Source: Basidiobolus meristosporus CBS 931.73 (lineage: Eukaryota > Fungi > Basidiobolomycota). From it: 37,965 nt of DNA. Positions within the stretch are counted from its first letter, which is position 1. Every line of letters starts with the position of its first letter. A program made the translations under genes and the position numbers. Where the stretch lies: positions 1-37,965 of the forward strand of contig MCFE01000769.1 of NCBI GenBank assembly GCA_002104905.1, read 5' to 3'. Positions 1 through 12,160 of the stretch are shown here, piece by piece. Below the pieces are notes generated by a model that worked only from the letters and a program-made list of their open reading frames with translations, was not told where the DNA came from and ran no database searches.

Positions 1-14
1 ATTATGACGAAAAT

Positions 15-1816
15 TTGATCTCAAGTCCACAAATTGTCAGGATTGAATCAGCGCAAAACAATGAAAATTTTTTCACCCCAGAGTACTCTACAACCGTGGT
101 TCAGCCAGAATCAGTGCCCAGGAATATCCCAGAAGTGATCATTCCAGTATCAAATGCCCAGAGATCAAATCGGACAAGAAATAGCCCAAATTACTATATT
201 AATGAGGGTACAAACTTAGCCTATGCCTATTCAGTCCATATTGATGAACCCCAGACTGTAAAAGAGGCCCTAAATAGCCCTCAGACAAAGTTTTGGAGAT
301 CTGCAATGACTGAGGAATATCAGGCCCTGATGGAAAATCAAACTTGGGACTTAGTCAAATTACCAATCAACCAAAAATCAATTGGATGCAGATGGGTCTT
401 CAAGACAAAATACAAGGCTGATGGTACAATTAAAGATACAAAGCAAGACTTGTAGCCAAAGGATACTCTCAAACAAAAGGACTTGACTATACTGAGACCT
501 TTGCACTGGTAGCCAAGTTTAATTCCATCAGATTAATATTGGCTATTGCAGCCAAATATAAGTTTTTTATTCATCAAATGGATGTAAAAACTGCATTTTT
601 GAATGAAGAACTTGATGAGGACATGTATATGGACCAGCCTGATGGGTTTGTTGACCAAGATAACCCCCATTTGGTCTGCAAGCTTAAAAAGTCACTATAT
701 GGTCTTAAACAATCACCAAGAGCCTGGAATTGCAAGATAGATTCTTATTTGGAATCTTTGAGTTGCAAAAGAAGTAATGCTGACTATAGTATATACTATA
801 AGCCAGATAGAGCAAATCCAGTTCTATTAGCTCTATATGTGGATGATCTTATTATAGCCGCCAATAACCTAGAAACATTGGAAGAGACTAAATCCAGCCT
901 ATCTAAGGAGTTCAAGATGCCTGATCTAGGAGAACTTAGTTACTACTTAGGGATTAAGTTCTCCATAGACAGAAGTACCCAGACTATTACCCTAAGCCAA
1001 TCCAAGTATATTCAAGATATACTAAAGAAGTACAAAATGGAAGACTGTAAACCAGCAGCTACCCCAATGGAGACAAACCTTAACTTGGTCAAACCTCAAC
1101 CAAATCAAGAGAGCTTGGTGCCATCTGAAAGCCCTGACTTTCCTTATCAATCTATGGTTGGCAGTCTGATGTATATCATGCTTGGAACACGTCCAGATAT
1201 CTCATATTCAGTGGGAGTTGTCAGCCAACATAATCAGAATTATGGATCTGATCATATTGCAGCAGTTAAGCGGATTTTTAGATACCTAAAAGGAACTGCT
1301 GATATCTGCTTAAGATACACTTATAATGATTCAGAACAGGATCTTGTGGGATACTCTGATGCTGATTGGGGACAAAATTTGGAAGACAGAAGATCCACCA
1401 CAGGATACACCTTTCTTTACTGCAGAGGAGCAATTTCATGGAATTCAAGAAAGCAACCAACCGTAGCACTTTCTACTACAGAGGCAGAGTATATGGCAGC
1501 CTGTGAAGCTACAAAAGAAGCAATGTGGTTAAGAAAGCTCTTTGCCAATTTAGGCCTATGTCAAAAAACGCCTATTACATTATTTCAAGATAATCAAGGA
1601 TGTATACAATTAGGTAGAAATCCAACTTTTCTTGCTAGAACCAAGCACATAGATATTAGACATCATTTCATATGTGAAGCTATAGAGAATAACTTAGTTA
1701 GCTTAGTTTACTGTTCTACAGATGAAATGATTGCAGACATATTTACCAAACCATTAGCTAGAGACAAGTTTGAATATCTTAGGTCAAAATTAGGACTAGT
1801 CAGTATGAACATTTAG
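15..1816 (+). pseudogene. Copia pol (RT + RNase H) with one frameshift near 430-440
   Basis: W..AM..E, TWDLV.LP, IGCRWVFKTK; after a 1-nt shift ..KARLVAKGYSQ; QMDVKTAFLN, KSLYGLKQSPRAW, LYVDD, YSDADW, EAEYMA, DNQG, KHIDIRHHF, ADIFTKPL. ORFs 15-455 and 539-1816 are two frames of one gene. Confidence 0.95.
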
Positions 1817-1827
1817 CTGAGTGGGAG

Positions 1828-2176
1828 TGTTGTAAAAATTCATATTTCCACCTAAATATTCACCTAACTTAGTCACTTAGATCATCACCTTCAAATCCTA
1901 GAGAATACTGACCAAATTCCTTGTCGGGATTTACTTAGAATATTTTCACCAAAATACCAGGTACCCAGAACATGAAAATTCTCAAAGTTGTCCAAACAGC
2001 CCCAAACTTTGCACACATGTTCTTGGGACCGTCCTTAACCTATTATACGTGTTTGTAATGCCAAGACCAGGTAAAAGTATAAATACCACTTTTACATTCA
2101 ATAAATCATTAAGAGAAAACCACATAATCTACTTGTTCTCCCAATCACTTCCAATATCTCCAAGACTCTTACAACA
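1828..2176 (+). repeat. Copia 3' LTR, 349 bp
   Basis: Starts TGTTGTAA and ends TTACAACA (8-bp inverted termini). Follows the PPT. Contains TATAAAT and AATAAA. Recurs many times in the window. Confidence 0.95.
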
Positions 2177-2390
2177 AATAGTACCATTCATTTTTGTGAC
2201 ATGATACAAGTTACAGGAGCTAGATTCAGAGTGCCATGGGTATTGAGTACTAGATGCATGTCTTCAATTCTTCTGTGCACTTACATATCCTGCACAACAT
2301 TTATCCAAAAAAAGGTCAAAAAATGGATTTTCTCCAACACAATGGATGAAACACAGGGGCTACTTTGCATGAAGATGTAGAGCTATGTTT

Positions 2391-3198
2391 GCTGACTATA
2401 GTATATACTATAAGCCAGATAGAGCAAGTTCTATTCTATTGGCTCTACATGTGAATGATATTATAGCCACTAATAATCTCAAAACATTGGAAGTGACTAA
2501 ATACAGCCTATCTAAGGAGTTCAAGATGCCCTATCTGGGTGAACTCAGCTAGTACTTGGGGATAAAGTTCCCCATAGACAAAAGTGCCCAGGCTATCATC
2601 CTATGCCAATCCTAGTATACTCAAAATGTACTAAAGAAGTACCAAATGGAAGACTCTAAACCAGTAGCTACCCCAATGGAGACAATCCTTAACTTGGTCA
2701 AAACTCAACCAAATCAAGAGAGCTTGGTGCCATCTGAAAGCCTGACTTTCCTTATCAATCTATGGTTGGCAGTCTGATGTATATCATGCTTGGAACATGT
2801 CCAGACATCTCATATTCAGTGGGAGTTGTCAGCCAACAAAATCAGAACAATGGATCTGATCATATTGCAGCAGTTAAGCGGATTTTATATACCTAAAAGG
2901 AACTACTGATTTCAGCTTAAGATACACTTACGAGGATTCAGAACAGGATCTTGTGGAATACTCTGATGCTGATTGGGGATGAAGTTTGGAAGACAGATGA
3001 TGCACCGCAGGATACACCTTTCTTTACTGTAAAGGAGTAATTTCATGGAATTCAAGAAAGCAACCAATCATGGCACTTTCCACCACAGAGGCAGAGTATA
3101 TGGCAGCCTGTGAAGCTGCAAAAGAAGCAATGCGGTTCAGAAAGCTTTTACAGATTTAGGCCTATATCAAAAAACACCTAATACTTTATTTCAAGATA
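2391..3198 (+). pseudogene. Degenerate second copy of Copia RT/RNase H
   Basis: Collinear with ~780-1590 (GCTGACTATAGTATATACTATAAGCCAGATAGAGCAA ... TTATTTCAAGATA). Carries stops and indels; the YVDD motif is altered (CATGTGAATGAT). Confidence 0.92.
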
Positions 3199-3914
3199 TT
3201 CCAGAGTTGCTCCTTTTAGCATCCTGAGAGAATCAAGCTTGAGCGCTAAGGTAGAGGTGAATACTTTGATAAGCAATGATGTTAACAATTGAAGGTATCC
3301 AAGGTCCTGAACAAATTCAAACAGCTTTACTTGTAGCTGATGCAAAAGGAAAGGATGCCAATCCAATTGCTCCTTCAGAAAGCGGTAAAAAGTGCTAAAC
3401 ACATATGAGCATAGAGATGCTATAACTGCCATAGATAGACTACCAAAATCTGCACATACCAGAGCTACAAACTAAAGTTCTCAGATACAGCATATGGAAT
3501 ATGGAGCATCTCTAACTTACACTCTTGCAAACAGTTATTTTGTACTGCAGATGAACCCAACTTGAATCCAACAACAAGGTCAGCACAATATCAGAAGCTT
3601 GAAATTCTTGACCTAGTTAATGGGTTTTCCACATGGACAATGGTTTAATCCTGCAGGTGGATTCAATATGGATCAGCCACCAGAATCCCTCATCAAGGCC
3701 ATCTCAATGCCAGTAGCTTGAAATTCTTGGTTGCAATGTTCCCTACAATAACAAATTTAGTCTTGCAGGTGAATCCAATCCAGATTAGTCATCCAGATCC
3801 CTCAATGAGGCCATTGTAGAGCTGGCAGCAAAGCCTCATCAACCTTCCACATGATCTTATGGCAAGATCATGATGCTTTTTGGCTGGTTTTACTACCAAA
3901 AAAAGCAAGAGACT

Positions 3915-5120
3915 TGATGGTGTTTGAATGGTCCTTTGGAAAGACTGGCATGTCATTTTGATGGTCTTAGCATGTTCTATATTTACTTGAGCAGACCAAA
4001 CAAGCCAATCTGTGTAATTGCTTTATACATCAAAAAGATGATGGTGTTTTGATAGCCTTTTTGCAGACCACTGTTTGCATTATCATGGCAGTACAGCAGC
4101 TTACAGCTAGTGCTGTGTAATGTAATAGTACTAATTGAGCAATTGGTATTTCCTTTTTCTTACTCCCCTTGGACCATTCACATATTCCACTGTAAATTCA
4201 CCCCTGTTTACTTGCTTACCCACTATTATCATGGATATGCTGACATACCTCTATCACCTCAACTTTACAACTTCTTAGTGTTGTACCTGCAAAGTTGCTA
4301 TCTACCATATATTGCTAGTAACATACACCTCTTGCAAATAAAAGCTTGGCTGCTACCACTTTTGCTATGAATACTTCCGGAATATCTGCAAAAAACTTTT
4401 TGGTACCTGGCCCATATATTCCTTCTCCCTGTTGGATTGTAGTCACCCTTGTAGGTATGCTTTGGTACTTGTTTGTGTGAATTCCATACTGAAACCCTAT
4501 GAGTTATAATTTGGTCCCATGGGAGGATCCAATTCAGATCTGCCATCAGGATCCTGTGGTGAGACCATCATATTGCTGGCAGCTTGGAGTTATTGACGCT
4601 CTTCACAATTTTATTACATGATTGCAAAAGTGTTTTGATTATTTTACTGCTGGATAAGCTTGACAGTGTTTTAGCTATTCCTAGTTAGTATTAGCATGGC
4701 ATTCTGACAGTCTTGATCCAGTCAACAATTCTTTGAGCAGACCTAACAAGCCAGCATATGCAAAAGCCATACATGGGAAAAAACCTGACAGTGTTTTAAC
4801 AGCTTTAATGCAGACATTTATTGGCATTATAAAGCACTACAGCAGCCTAAAGCCATTATTGCTAATGCTACCTACTACTTTTATCACCTCAACTTTATAG
4901 CTTTTCAGTGTGATTCTTGCAGAGTTGCTGTATACCTTGTATTGATGGCAACATATATATATCTTGCAAACACATGCTTTGTTGTTACCACTTGTGCCAT
5001 GAATACTTCTTGGATATCTGCAAAGTACCTTTAGTACCTGACAACTGTATTCCTTCTCCCTACTAGATCCTAGTCCCCCTTATAGGTGTGTTCTGGCTCT
5101 TGTTTGTATTAGTTTCATAT
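3915..5120. repeat. Diverged direct duplication (~3915-4490 vs ~4650-5120), probably a TE relic
   Basis: Shared blocks: TTGAGCAGACC.AACAAGCCA, TATCACCTCAACTTTA, ATGAATACTTC..G.ATATCTGCAAA and TATTCCTTCTCCCT. Recurrent GA(C/T)(A/G)GTGTTTT motif. Confidence 0.7.
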
Positions 5121-5879
5121 TTTAGGGTGCAGAAACTGGCCTGTACCCAGGAAAAACCCAGCATACTCTGGTAAAGCTGTCCTAGAGGAAAATAGCAGCT
5201 AGTTGCATCCAACGCACCCTTGCCATACTCAACTGATTACCCCACATTGGGGCTGATTAGCTTCTAAATGTCAAAGGCACAGGTATCTCAATGTGTACAA
5301 CAGTCCTTAGTACTTTTCAACTTTTCCTGGCTGTCCTCTTTGTGTCAATTCATCATATCCATAACAGACTTGAAGGTAATATACTTGATGAGATTGGGAT
5401 ATGGTAGTGCCTGCAACTTGACTTGACTTCTTATCTCCCCACACATCTGCTCCTTAGGAAACTCCCAAAAGGTGAAGTAAAGTCCAATATTCTCAGCAAA
5501 CCAGGCAAGATTGAGTAGCAAATCAATACAGTAGTGTATTGTTGAAGAGATTGGGATATGGTAGTACTTGTGACCTGACTGCCAGGTCTTTCACTGCTAC
5601 TTTGTCTGAGTGCTTCCTGTGTTAAACTATGTCTTCTCCTTGATAAGTCCTGCTCTGATGCATCTATTTTGGCCTGCTTGTCCCTTGCTGGCACTCTGCA
5701 GGCAACCTGACACTTCTTTCTTGCTTGTTTTATGCCCTCAGCCCATGCTGTGATGGGCTCCTGAGGTAGCCACTGGTTTTTATCACCACCAGGCCATTCA
5801 CTGCCACTTTGACTGAGTGCTTCTTGTGTGAAAGTATGCTTTTTCCTTGATCAATGTTGTGCTGGTGCATCTGTGTCTG

Positions 5880-6340
5880 CCTGCTTGTCCCTTATTGGCA
5901 CTCTGCCAGCTACCTGATGCCTCTTTGATGCTTGTTTGGAGCATGATCCACTTCTGGATAAATATTCCAACAATGTCCACATATGACTTCCAATGCTTCC
6001 AATGTACTCTTGGTAGATATAGCTTCAGAAAGCCACTTGAATAAATACATATGCAGCTCATCCAGTTGTTGCACTTGTATTGTTGCATATGTGCATGAAT
6101 ATTGATTGGAGCCCATGAGAAGTACCTAGGGTAGCAGATACTCTGTAACATCTTGCAAATTCTTCAAATTTCTCTGGCATCTCAAAGGGCTCATTTAGCA
6201 TGAAATGCCCCATGTACAACTTGGTTGTCAGTAAAGGGATGTTGTTAAAAAGCAAATGCATTGCTCCCAGTGGTGATCTTTTGCTCCAACAGATACCCTC
6301 TATCTTAAGTATCTCTGGCTTCCAATTAATTCCATATTGC
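5880..6340 (-). pseudogene. CACTA/CMC-EnSpm-like transposase relic
   Basis: Frameshifted fragments MHLLFNNIPLLTTKLYMGHF and PRYFSWAPINIHAHMQQYKCNNW..CICIYSSGFLKLYLPRVHWKHW..YV. These resemble the conserved MHL.F.N....L..LW.G and P.NI....YKA..W..W...YS..LL...LP..Y..HW..V blocks. Recognised by eye. Confidence 0.6.
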
Positions 6341-9300
6341 AGCCAATGGCTTATAGCTTGCCAACTTTGCTGCAATTGCATGCAGACTTCTGTATGTTCT
6401 CTCTGTGGAAAGATGATGTTCTTAGTGCTGGTTTTTGGGTAATAATAATGTGTGTTAACTTGGGTTAGGACCGCAATTAGGATTGCAGTCATACCTTTTT
6501 TTGACTGCACATACTTCCCAAAGTACAAAGATGAATGCATTTGTTAGGCATCCCTGCACATCTCCATGCAAGCAGAACGCAACAGTTCCCATTTTAAATC
6601 AAGTGATTAACATTTTACCTTACTCTATGCATAACCCTAGGGTTAACCTACCCTGCTTGATGCTCCACCATGTCATATGGTCAAATTTCAAAATTTCAAT
6701 TTTTTTTGCTTTTTTGCATATTGTGCTCATTCCCTATACTCTTGCATTATTCCTAATCTAAAAACATACTCATCCCTGAAATTTACCCATTTTTTGGCAT
6801 TTTTGGATTTTTCACTTCATGCTGTATTCCATTTGTGTGTATGCAACCAATACACTGGCAATCCAATTTAATTGGTCTTGTGCTTTTGGATTTGTTCATC
6901 AATATAACTACCCCAATAAATGCGCGTCCTATCCATCATGTCACATCACTTAATTACAAATCATGTTTCTTGTCTAAATTTAACCCTACTGATCATCAGC
7001 TTGTGCACTTGATTTGGATTGATCCAATCTATGGGCCTAACAGTGTTATTGCCAAGCCATTGCTAGTTGAATTATTATGTAATACAAGAAAATTGTTGCT
7101 TCTTGCTCAAACTTTCCCAATCCATTGGCAACACCATTGTGATGCTACACCCAGCAGAAAACAGCCATATCAACTAGGTTGCTTCTTGACTTTTCCTCTT
7201 TTTAAGCCTATTTTCTCCTCAATTTTGCACCATTAATTCTCCTAACAATCAAAAAATGTCCAATCCGGCAGAGATGGTACACACACATAGCCCTCATTGT
7301 TGTGCATCTTCTTGTTAAAGCAGCTCTGGGATACCCAACCATGTTGGTGAGATATTTGGAAAGAACTGTGCACCTGCTGCTCTATAGGTACTCATCAAGG
7401 GATGTTACTCTTACAGAGTAAGCAGATTCTGTATGCTGGGTAAGGTTGCCATAGCATGTGTGCAATGCTTGAGGGTACTTAGTCAGCATTCAAAATTGTA
7501 GTGCCCCAAGTGCTTTACACTTTAGTTAGAGTATTCTGAGCAAATACAAACCAAGAACCTAGGCACATATGGATGCATCAAAAGTTATGATTGGAGAAGT
7601 CACTTTAAAGGCACTACCAAATATCAAAGTTGGTGTGATGCTGCACCAAGCATTGTGTCAAGCATGCTGACAGTAATTACACCAGCTTTGAGAATACATA
7701 CAATCTGGTCCAGAAGTTGTCACCAGAACCCAACAAGAATTGTAGAGAAGTATAAGCAAGTTGTCAGAGTAGCTTACAAGCCCATTTTTACAATTTTTGT
7801 AGTAATGCTACAGAAAGATTGGTATCAGGGTAATTTCCCTTGAAAAATTGTACAAAGGTTGCAGTGAGAACAAGAATGCAATATAAAGCCTCTGGTAGAG
7901 CAAGTGATATTGGCTCATATACAATTATACTGGGACACACCACACACAGTATAGCAAGCACAGTGCAACAGGTGATACATTTTGTGTGAGAAATATGATC
8001 TCTATCCTCTAGCAAATCCAAAAACTTTAATGCTACAAATTCCAGGTAGTTATAGGGGTTGGTATACCAGAGAAATTCAAACATGGTTAATCAAAATCTA
8101 AAGCTCATAGAGTGAGCCAACATAAGTACTAAAGTGTAAATAGCAAGGGTTTGGGAGCTACAATGGAAGGTGGTAACAATAATAACTTGAATATGAACCA
8201 ACAGCACCAGGTGCTGTGGTATTTTCAACTTCTCTCCGGAAATTTGACAAAAGTGACAAAGATCATAGATAAAAAAGTTCCATCGTGCCTGGAGCCACTT
8301 TCCCTGCTGACTGAATATGTGGTTATTGTGCAACATTGACTACCACTTGAATGCCCGTACTATTTGTATAATCATGATACAGCAATTCAGTATAAATAAG
8401 ATGGAAAACTACCAGATGTGTCAGTTGCTATGCTGCACCCATGTCAAGTCTACGATTTGTGCCACCAGTTCTAGGTTTGCCCTTTTTAGAGTGTCACTCC
8501 ACTGGCCAAGATTTAGGGTAATCAGCACCAAGTACCATCTGATCATGCCGATATAGTTATCTGACAAATAGTTCTATTGATGAAGCAGGAAAATGAGCCT
8601 ACGCCTATCCGGTATATGCAAATCATTACCTGACTGGATGTAGTATGCGCGAGCCAGACGCTTAGTAGGACTGATATTAGACAATCATGGATGAACCTCA
8701 CCGAACCGATTATTATAGCACCGTTGAGAGGATTCCTAATCTAGCCTTTGATACACGGGCAGTGTGACCAGCAAATGAAAACACCAACCACCAAGACAAG
8801 GGGAAGATTTCCTCCGTATATCCTGAATCGTCTCCGACTGTTGTTTTCGCGGTTGGGTAGCGATATTGTGCAGCAACCATCCATTGTACCTAACATGACG
8901 AGCAAGGATTTCGTTCATGAGGTAACACCGCTGCTACCTGTTGAACAGCATACCGCCAATTGCGATATCCAAAAAATCCTTTGCCGCAGTAATGAACCTC
9001 ACGCTACACTATTTGGATTTCCGGCGCCCATGCCAGCCCAACTTGCAGGATACCACATGCGAGGTGGAGACAATGAATGAAGGAAGTAGTCTCCGAGGTT
9101 CTTCTGGCGAAGGATTGTGTTCTCCTGCCGAAGACGAAGACTTCCCAGGCAGACTGAAAAAGCTAGATCGAATACGCAGTGACATTGGCCATTATCATTC
9201 TAGGCCCAATTGTCTACTTGGGGTTGCTTACAACTGGACAGGGATATTGGGACCCGGCCGGCACGTTTCCAAATCTTTCGATCCCAGTATTCCAACGTAA

Positions 9301-9694
9301 GCGTTGCCAAGCCCCATCATCAATCCGTAGTTACGGCCTCCAGCTACAGATGGAAAAGTGGGAGGCCCAAATTCATGGGTTCCGTTCAACACATGCTCAG
9401 AGTACATCAGGGCCGTCTTCTGGATCTTGCGAATGGTGGGTACATTCATTCGAAACCACACTCATGTAAGAATAACTGAAGGCATTTTATTCACTTGGAG
9501 CACGGTAATAAAACTAAATAATTTTTGGGCAGAAAGAACTGTTGGTTGGGGGTAGGATGGGGGAATCTCCACGAGTGGTGGAGGCAGTGGTAAAGATACT
9601 TGGGTAGGGACCAGAAAAGGCTCACTTATTCTGGGGGGATTTTTTTTCACGGCATTCTACAGTTAGAATCGGTGGTAACTGCTCACATAACGAG

Positions 9695-11699
9695 TTAGGC
9701 GGTCTTGCCTCTTCCCTTGGTGATGTAGAAGGGGGAGATCAGGTATGGATCGTCATCAGCCTTGAACTGCTCGGGGAATGCTTCCCGGAGCATCCTGGGG
9801 AACACAGAGCCATGGAATCTCTTGTTGTAGGAACCAGTACCAACGGTGTACTCATAGCCCCAGTTGGTTAGTCTGGCTGGGTTGTACTCGTCAGTCAAGA
9901 AGCGGTCATTACGAAGAAGATTGACAGCATCGGCGAGGATGGCCCGAGAGGTGGTGTAGGGAAGACTGATACCACCGTTGGTCTTGGTGCTTTCAACGAC
10001 GATTCCAGGGTAGAGCTCAACGTTATTAGGGTGACGGTAGAGAGCGCGCAGGGTCTTCGCAATACGAGGATCGGGGTTGATCTCCTCGAAAGTCTCGTAC
10101 TCCTTGAGGTTGAAGTAGCGACGGAATTCATTCAATGTGCAGCATCCAGCCATTCTGCTCTGCATGATGCCAGCAATCTCCACATCCTTGAATGAAGTGG
10201 GAACCATACCGGCACCCAGTTTTCCGGCTACGCTGTCCATGGAACTCTTCAGAAGATTCACAATGTCTGCATCGGCATAACGATCGTCAGGACCGCGTCT
10301 GAGACCAATGATCAAACCTTTGTCGATGTCCTCGGGCTTGACACCGGGGTCGATGACCGAAAGTTTCTGAGCCAACAGACTGTTGATCTTGTCATGCACC
10401 TCATCGGGCGGAGTGGTCTTGATGATGCTGCTCACCTCCGTCTTGAATTCGCGGTATTGTTGGTTGATCCTGGATTCTTCGAGCCAACGGGTATCCTTCT
10501 CACCTAGAGCAGAGTGCCATCTGTAAACAAAGTTGAACTCCAAAGAGACAGCGTTGCCGTTTCTGGAGTCACTCTTAGGGGGCTCCATCAAAGGATCCAG
10601 CGTGAAGTCGGTGTCGGCCGGGAGACCCAGGATGCATCTTACGTAGTTGTGAAGGATCAGATTTGCGTAGCAAGCACCGTTGATCAAGCGTGCGGTTTGG
10701 AACAAGTGCTCGTCCTGAACATCTTCGCCACGGTTGGCACTGAATCGGTTGTCTTGGTTGATCTCGAGAAGCTTCTGGGCGATGAAGTTGTGGTTACGTG
10801 AGAACACGATCAAGAGTGCGCCCACCCCAGGAAGCAGGAAGGTCACTCGTCGGTCGGCAAAGGAGTCAGGTCGGATCAATCCCTTCTTTCCGGTACGGAT
10901 GGACCATTGGGACTCCTTAGAGTCGCCATACAGGACACTGAGGTCGGCGTATGAGGTGGCCTGGTTAATCATGGGATTGGTAGGGGAGGAGTGGAACAGG
11001 TCGTGGGTGATCAGTGTGGCAAGATGGAACAGAAGGGTGTTGATGTTGAACGGATGTGGAACGAACTTGTCTCCTCTGTCCAATAAGGTGTCGAAGAGAA
11101 CATCAGGCGCAGGTAGGTAGTTGTCGGTGAGACGAATGCGCTTGGATGTTACGCTGCGAGCGTAGGGAGTATTGGCTTTGCCCATGTTTGGGTAGATCAC
11201 CGAATTGTTCGACCCATCCGCTTCACGGTATCCATACTCAGGGAATACATACTGGGGCTTCTGGAGGTCATCCCAGAACTGCTGGATGAGCTTGCGTTGG
11301 ATGCCGATGCTGGCGGGGTCGTTTTGCGGGAGCTTGGCGACGATTTGCATGAGACGTTCGAATGGAATGCTCCTACAAAGTGGAGAAGGCACGATGTGGC
11401 CCTGAGTTAGTAACGAGCGCGAAATCCAAGCCAAATCTGCGGAAATACCGGTCGTCCATGGGCTTGGATTTAGGAGAAACCACTTCTTGGAAGCCGAACT
11501 TGAGGGTACCAACGACATCGGAGGGAGGAAGCTGCAAGAACTCATTCAAGGCATTGATGTACTTGATAAAGTCCCTGCTTATAAAGAACTGGACGGTCTT
11601 GCTGAGGACTGTCAAACCAAACAAGACAATTTGGGCAGCGATGGTCACGCTGAAGTATACCGCATAAACACCGAGGTTGACAATGCTGAGGCCCAACAT
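9695..11699 (-). CDS. Heme peroxidase / fatty-acid dioxygenase (peroxidase-cyclooxygenase family, linoleate diol synthase N-domain-like), ~642 aa, 2 exons (11699-11449, 11372-9695)
   Basis: YREADGSNN, PYARSV, distal-His ITHDLF, INQATSYADLS.LYG, EFNFVYRWHS (catalytic Tyr and proximal His), TLNEFRRYF.LK, ELYPG. The 76-nt intron (GTATTT..CTAAC..TTTGTAG, 11448-11373) joins PMDDR to SIPFERL in frame. Hydrophobic N-terminus. Confidence 0.92.
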
Positions 11700-12160
11700 T
11701 GCGTATTGCCGAAAATAAAGTGCAAGAAAAGTGCAAGAAAATCCGGAGATGCTGGAACTCCATGAAAACCGAGGGAATATTTATAGTCTTGGCTGGGTGT
11801 GTGGCTTGCGGCTTAGCTTTATCTTGTAGAACCATTGAAGCGCAGTGTTGAAAAATCAGCATGAAAATAGTTTGGCCCAGTATTCACAATGGTAGGACAA
11901 TTTAGGCTCAGTGCTGACGTTGTAAGATGGAAGGAAACCAGTAGAGCTCTGAGTCAACCAGATGAAAATGGAAAGAAATTGTTCGTTATTTAATTTAGCA
12001 ATCTTTATGATCAATGCTCTTTGGGCGTTCCATGCTGGATTGCATTAGGCAACAGGAAATCCGGATAAGAGCCGCCTGTTATTTACGAAATACTCTTATA
12101 AATGACGACCTGATTACTTCCCCAGTTGTATCTCCAACCACTCACACCAATACGTCGTAA
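11700..12160. promoter_or_regulatory. Short divergent promoter region between peroxidase and lipase
   Basis: TATAAAT on the minus strand at 11779-11785 (~80 nt before the peroxidase ATG). TATAAA on the plus strand at 12097-12102 (~60 nt before the lipase ATG). Confidence 0.6.

Larger units (their letters stand above)
1..2176 (+). mobile_element. Ty1/Copia LTR retrotransposon, 3' part (RT-RNase H, polypurine tract, 3' LTR)
   Basis: Copia RT/RH motifs (see pol entry). The purine-rich GAGTGGGAG at ~1819-1827 is directly followed by an LTR beginning TGTTG. The 5' part lies outside the window. Confidence 0.97.

Noticed and set aside
6850-7450. Possible hAT transposase traces (W.GRAFIGV, SLDEYL)
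   Set aside because: Too fragmentary and frame-inconsistent to support a call.
7788-8084. ILVLTAT resembling a RecQ/telomere-linked helicase motif
   Set aside because: Single short motif with no Walker A or DExH nearby. The region looks like CpG-poor TE debris.
8748-9480. Plus-strand ORFs with faint P450-like snippets (DFPGRLKKLDR..HYHSRPNCLLG, GPGRHVS, YWDPAGTFP)
   Set aside because: They are on the wrong strand to be the peroxidase's P450 domain. There is no intact heme-Cys motif, and the obvious GT-AG intron (8921-8988) splices into a stop.
9895-11765. Antisense and alternative-frame ORFs over the peroxidase (e.g. 10514-10801, 10734-11120, 11487-11765)
   Set aside because: Shadow ORFs of a GC-rich coding region. 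The same applies to those over the lipase, GNAT, secreted protein and LINE.
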